Assembly (NCBI RefSeq): GCF_003428155.1
Contig: NZ_QLIR01000033.1
Span: 1 to 7,088 of the forward strand
Reading direction: 5' to 3'
DNA from: Fastidiosibacter lacustris
GTDB taxonomy: Bacteria > Pseudomonadota > Gammaproteobacteria > Francisellales > Francisellaceae
Length of the DNA stretch: 7,088 nt
Positions 5,588-7,088 of the stretch are shown in pieces; the stretch's first letter is position 1, and every line of letters starts with the position of its first letter. Made by a program: the position numbers and the translations under genes. Below the pieces are notes generated by a model that was not told where the DNA came from, did no database searches, and was given only the letters and a program-made list of their open reading frames with translations.

Positions 5588-6586
5588 TTAATTATATATA
5601 TATTGGAGTAATTCTTGGTAATCATCTGTTGCATTATTACTTTTGCCAGATGCAAATATGTTCTGACATGACATAATACTTTTGGGAATTTCTGATGAAT
5701 ATCTAATAATAACTGGGCATAAATAATTTTTGATTACTTCATCAGACATGGCTGCTTTCAATGCTTCGCCTGATGTTGAGACTCTCCTGTCTAGGGCTGA
5801 AAAGAAGCAATTTATTTTTACTTTATTAGTGTCAAAAGAATATGTATCTACTAATTCATTAATCTCATTAATAATATACTTTGCACCTTGTATAGCAAAC
5901 TCATCGGATCTAATTGGAATTAGTACATTACATAATATATCATCATCCATCTGATACAAAGCTGATATGGATGATGCAAACAAATTAGATAACTGTGGTG
6001 TATGATCTTGAAATATTTTTGTGTTTCTTCCGAGAGTTTGGAAAATATCACTGTATAAATTTTTCATTGCACGTTTTATATCAGAAGGCTTATTTAATGC
6101 TTTATCTAAAAAAGCAGAATTTAAATTACTTTTTATAAAATATACATTGTTACCTATATCATTTAATATTTGATTAATAGAAGCTTTATTCTCAATATAA
6201 TCAATTAATATATATTCATTATCGTCAGCTCTTTGTCCGCAAACTATATGTGTAAAACTCGCTTGTGAATCGCCATCAATCAATACAATAGGGTCAGTTG
6301 TTGATGAGCTTACACGTCTCAATGCAGCAGACAAACTATATACTGATGAGGTTTTTCCTACACCACCACACAAGTTGGCAGACAATGTTATTGATGGCTT
6401 ATGAAATTTATATGAGCTTTGCTTTCGTAAAAATAAACTGGCTTCATTTGATGAGATGCCAGTAATTCTGTTATTTGAATGCGTTATTCCTGTGTCTAGA
6501 GCTTTAAAATACTTACTAATTGCAGGTTTTGATAATTTAACATATCGTTGCAACTCTGTTATTTTAATTTCACTAACCTTAAACAT
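5588..6586 (-). CDS. parA: ParA-family partition ATPase with an N-terminal HTH extension (type Ia-like), 332 aa.
   Basis: ORF-track protein. Walker A region SANLCGGVGKTS (6347-6376), A' box VLIDGDSQAS, IFQDHTPQLS and VLIPIRSDEFAIQG match the ParA/MinD layout. The N-terminal LQRYVKLSKPAISKYFKAL resembles an HTH. An AAGGA Shine-Dalgarno lies 7 nt before the ATG at 6586. Confidence 0.88.
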   Translation of the reverse strand: MFKVSEIKITELQRYVKLSKPAISKYFKALDTGITHSNNRITGISSNEASLFLRKQSSYKFHKPSITLSANLCGGVGKTSSVYSLSAALRRVSSSTTDPIVLIDGDSQASFTHIVCGQRADDNEYILIDYIENKASINQILNDIGNNVYFIKSNLNSAFLDKALNKPSDIKRAMKNLYSDIFQTLGRNTKIFQDHTPQLSNLFASSISALYQMDDDILCNVLIPIRSDEFAIQGAKYIINEINELVDTYSFDTNKVKINCFFSALDRRVSTSGEALKAAMSDEVIKNYLCPVIIRYSSEIPKSIMSCQNIFASGKSNNATDDYQELLQYIYN

Positions 6587-6607
6587 ATAATTGTCCTTAT
6601 TCTGTTA

Positions 6608-6656
6608 GGTTAACATTGTTTAATTATATAATATATATATGTTAACCAATGCTCAA
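6608..6656 (-). promoter_or_regulatory. parAB promoter TTGAGC-17 bp-TATTAT, bracketed by an inverted repeat GGTTAACAT / ATGTTAACC (candidate operator).
   Basis: On the minus strand the -35 TTGAGC is at plus coordinates 6651-6656 and the -10 TATTAT at 6628-6633, with a 17-nt spacer. The 9-bp arms lie at 6608-6616 and 6639-6647. Each contains the palindrome GTTAAC, and the two centres are 32 bp apart. One arm is in the spacer and the other is in the leader. A (TA)5 run lies at 6631-6640. Confidence 0.55.
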
Positions 6657-6688
6657 TAGTAGTTATTGATTTTTTATATTCTTTATTT

Positions 6689-6967
6689 TTATTCCCATAA
6701 TACAAAAGCCATTAATACGTGATCACTCAATAAACCATGCCTATCCTGTGGATTAAAAATTTGAGGTACAAATTTATTTAATGATTTATAACCACCGGAA
6801 GATATCAGTATTGGATTTATAGGAGCATCATCATATTGAGTGTTTATTATAAATGTGAAAGTTAAGGTGTCAGGCAGTAAATAATGCGCTAAATCTATAA
6901 ATTTAAGTGTAATTAATAGCATCCATAAGCAGTAAAATATGGCGCTTATAAATAGAGTTCTTTCCAA
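6689..6967 (-). CDS. Hypothetical 92-codon ORF; doubtful, possibly a gene remnant.
   Basis: Taken from the ORF track only. The start is a TTG with no Shine-Dalgarno, and an in-frame stop lies 3 codons upstream. The N-terminal half is hydrophobic. No family was recognised. Confidence 0.2.
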   Translation of the reverse strand: MERTLFISAIFYCLWMLLITLKFIDLAHYLLPDTLTFTFIINTQYDDAPINPILISSGGYKSLNKFVPQIFNPQDRHGLLSDHVLMAFVLWE

Positions 6968-7021
6968 ACCGTATTTAATCTAGCAAAATAGCTATTTAAA
7001 AATTAAAGGTGGATATGATCA

Positions 7022-7088
7022 ATGAGATGGGAAACGATAAACAAGTTAGCAGCAGATGAGTTTCGTCGTTTAACAGGTGTAAAAAAGC
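7022..7088 (+). CDS. N-terminus of an IS5-like (HTH_Tnp_4 / DDE_Tnp_4 type) transposase; continues beyond the right edge.
   Basis: The ATG at 7022 is preceded by AAGGTGG (7006-7012) 9 nt upstream. The translation MRWETINKLAADEFRRLTGVKK has the xEFRRLTGV N-terminal signature I associate with IS5-group transposases. Only 22 codons are visible. The ATG at 7015 in another frame stops after 14 codons. Confidence 0.45.
   Translation, partial: MRWETINKLAADEFRRLTGVKK

Noticed and set aside
6689-6967. The C-terminal RHGLLSDHVLMAFVL of the 92-aa ORF, considered as the SDH motif of an endonuclease/exonuclease/phosphatase-fold protein.
   Set aside because: Only a three-residue resemblance. The usual following Pro and the upstream catalytic motifs are not recognisable, so the ORF is reported only as a doubtful hypothetical.
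1-7088. CRISPR arrays, tRNA or rRNA genes, integron attC sites and retron-like elements.
   Set aside because: There are no regularly spaced short repeats with unique spacers, no cloverleaf-compatible GC-rich segments, and no reverse transcriptase or integrase ORF in any frame.

Overview
The window is visibly AT-rich and looks like a plasmid-type maintenance backbone next to a secondary-metabolite gene. All substantive genes except the edge transposase are on the minus strand. From left to right: (1) 1-1595 is the 5' part of a nonribosomal peptide synthetase gene (condensation domain plus the start of an adenylation domain). It is missing from the ORF track because it has no stop codon inside the window. 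(2) 2014-2689 is a HigB/HigA-type toxin-antitoxin pair (Gp49/RelE-family toxin first, XRE-HTH antitoxin second). Its own palindromic operator carries an extended -10. The pair is bracketed by 110-bp inverted repeats that are 104/110 identical (1789-1898 and 2791-2900). (3) 2921-3103 holds a DnaA-box-like site and phased direct repeats, making it a candidate origin that abuts the 3' end of (4). (4) 3104-4459 encodes a 451-aa putative replication initiator. (5) The parB-rep spacer holds an orphan plus-strand promoter followed by tandem hairpins, which could produce a small RNA of about 76 nt. (6) 4615-6586 is a translationally coupled parA-parB operon with a palindrome-flanked promoter. The ParA deviant Walker A box has Cys in place of the signature Lys. 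(7) A weak 92-codon ORF is followed at the right edge by the first 22 codons of an IS5-like transposase. No rRNA, tRNA or CRISPR array was seen. The host taxon cannot be determined from the sequence alone. All homology statements rest on motif recognition by eye, not on searches.
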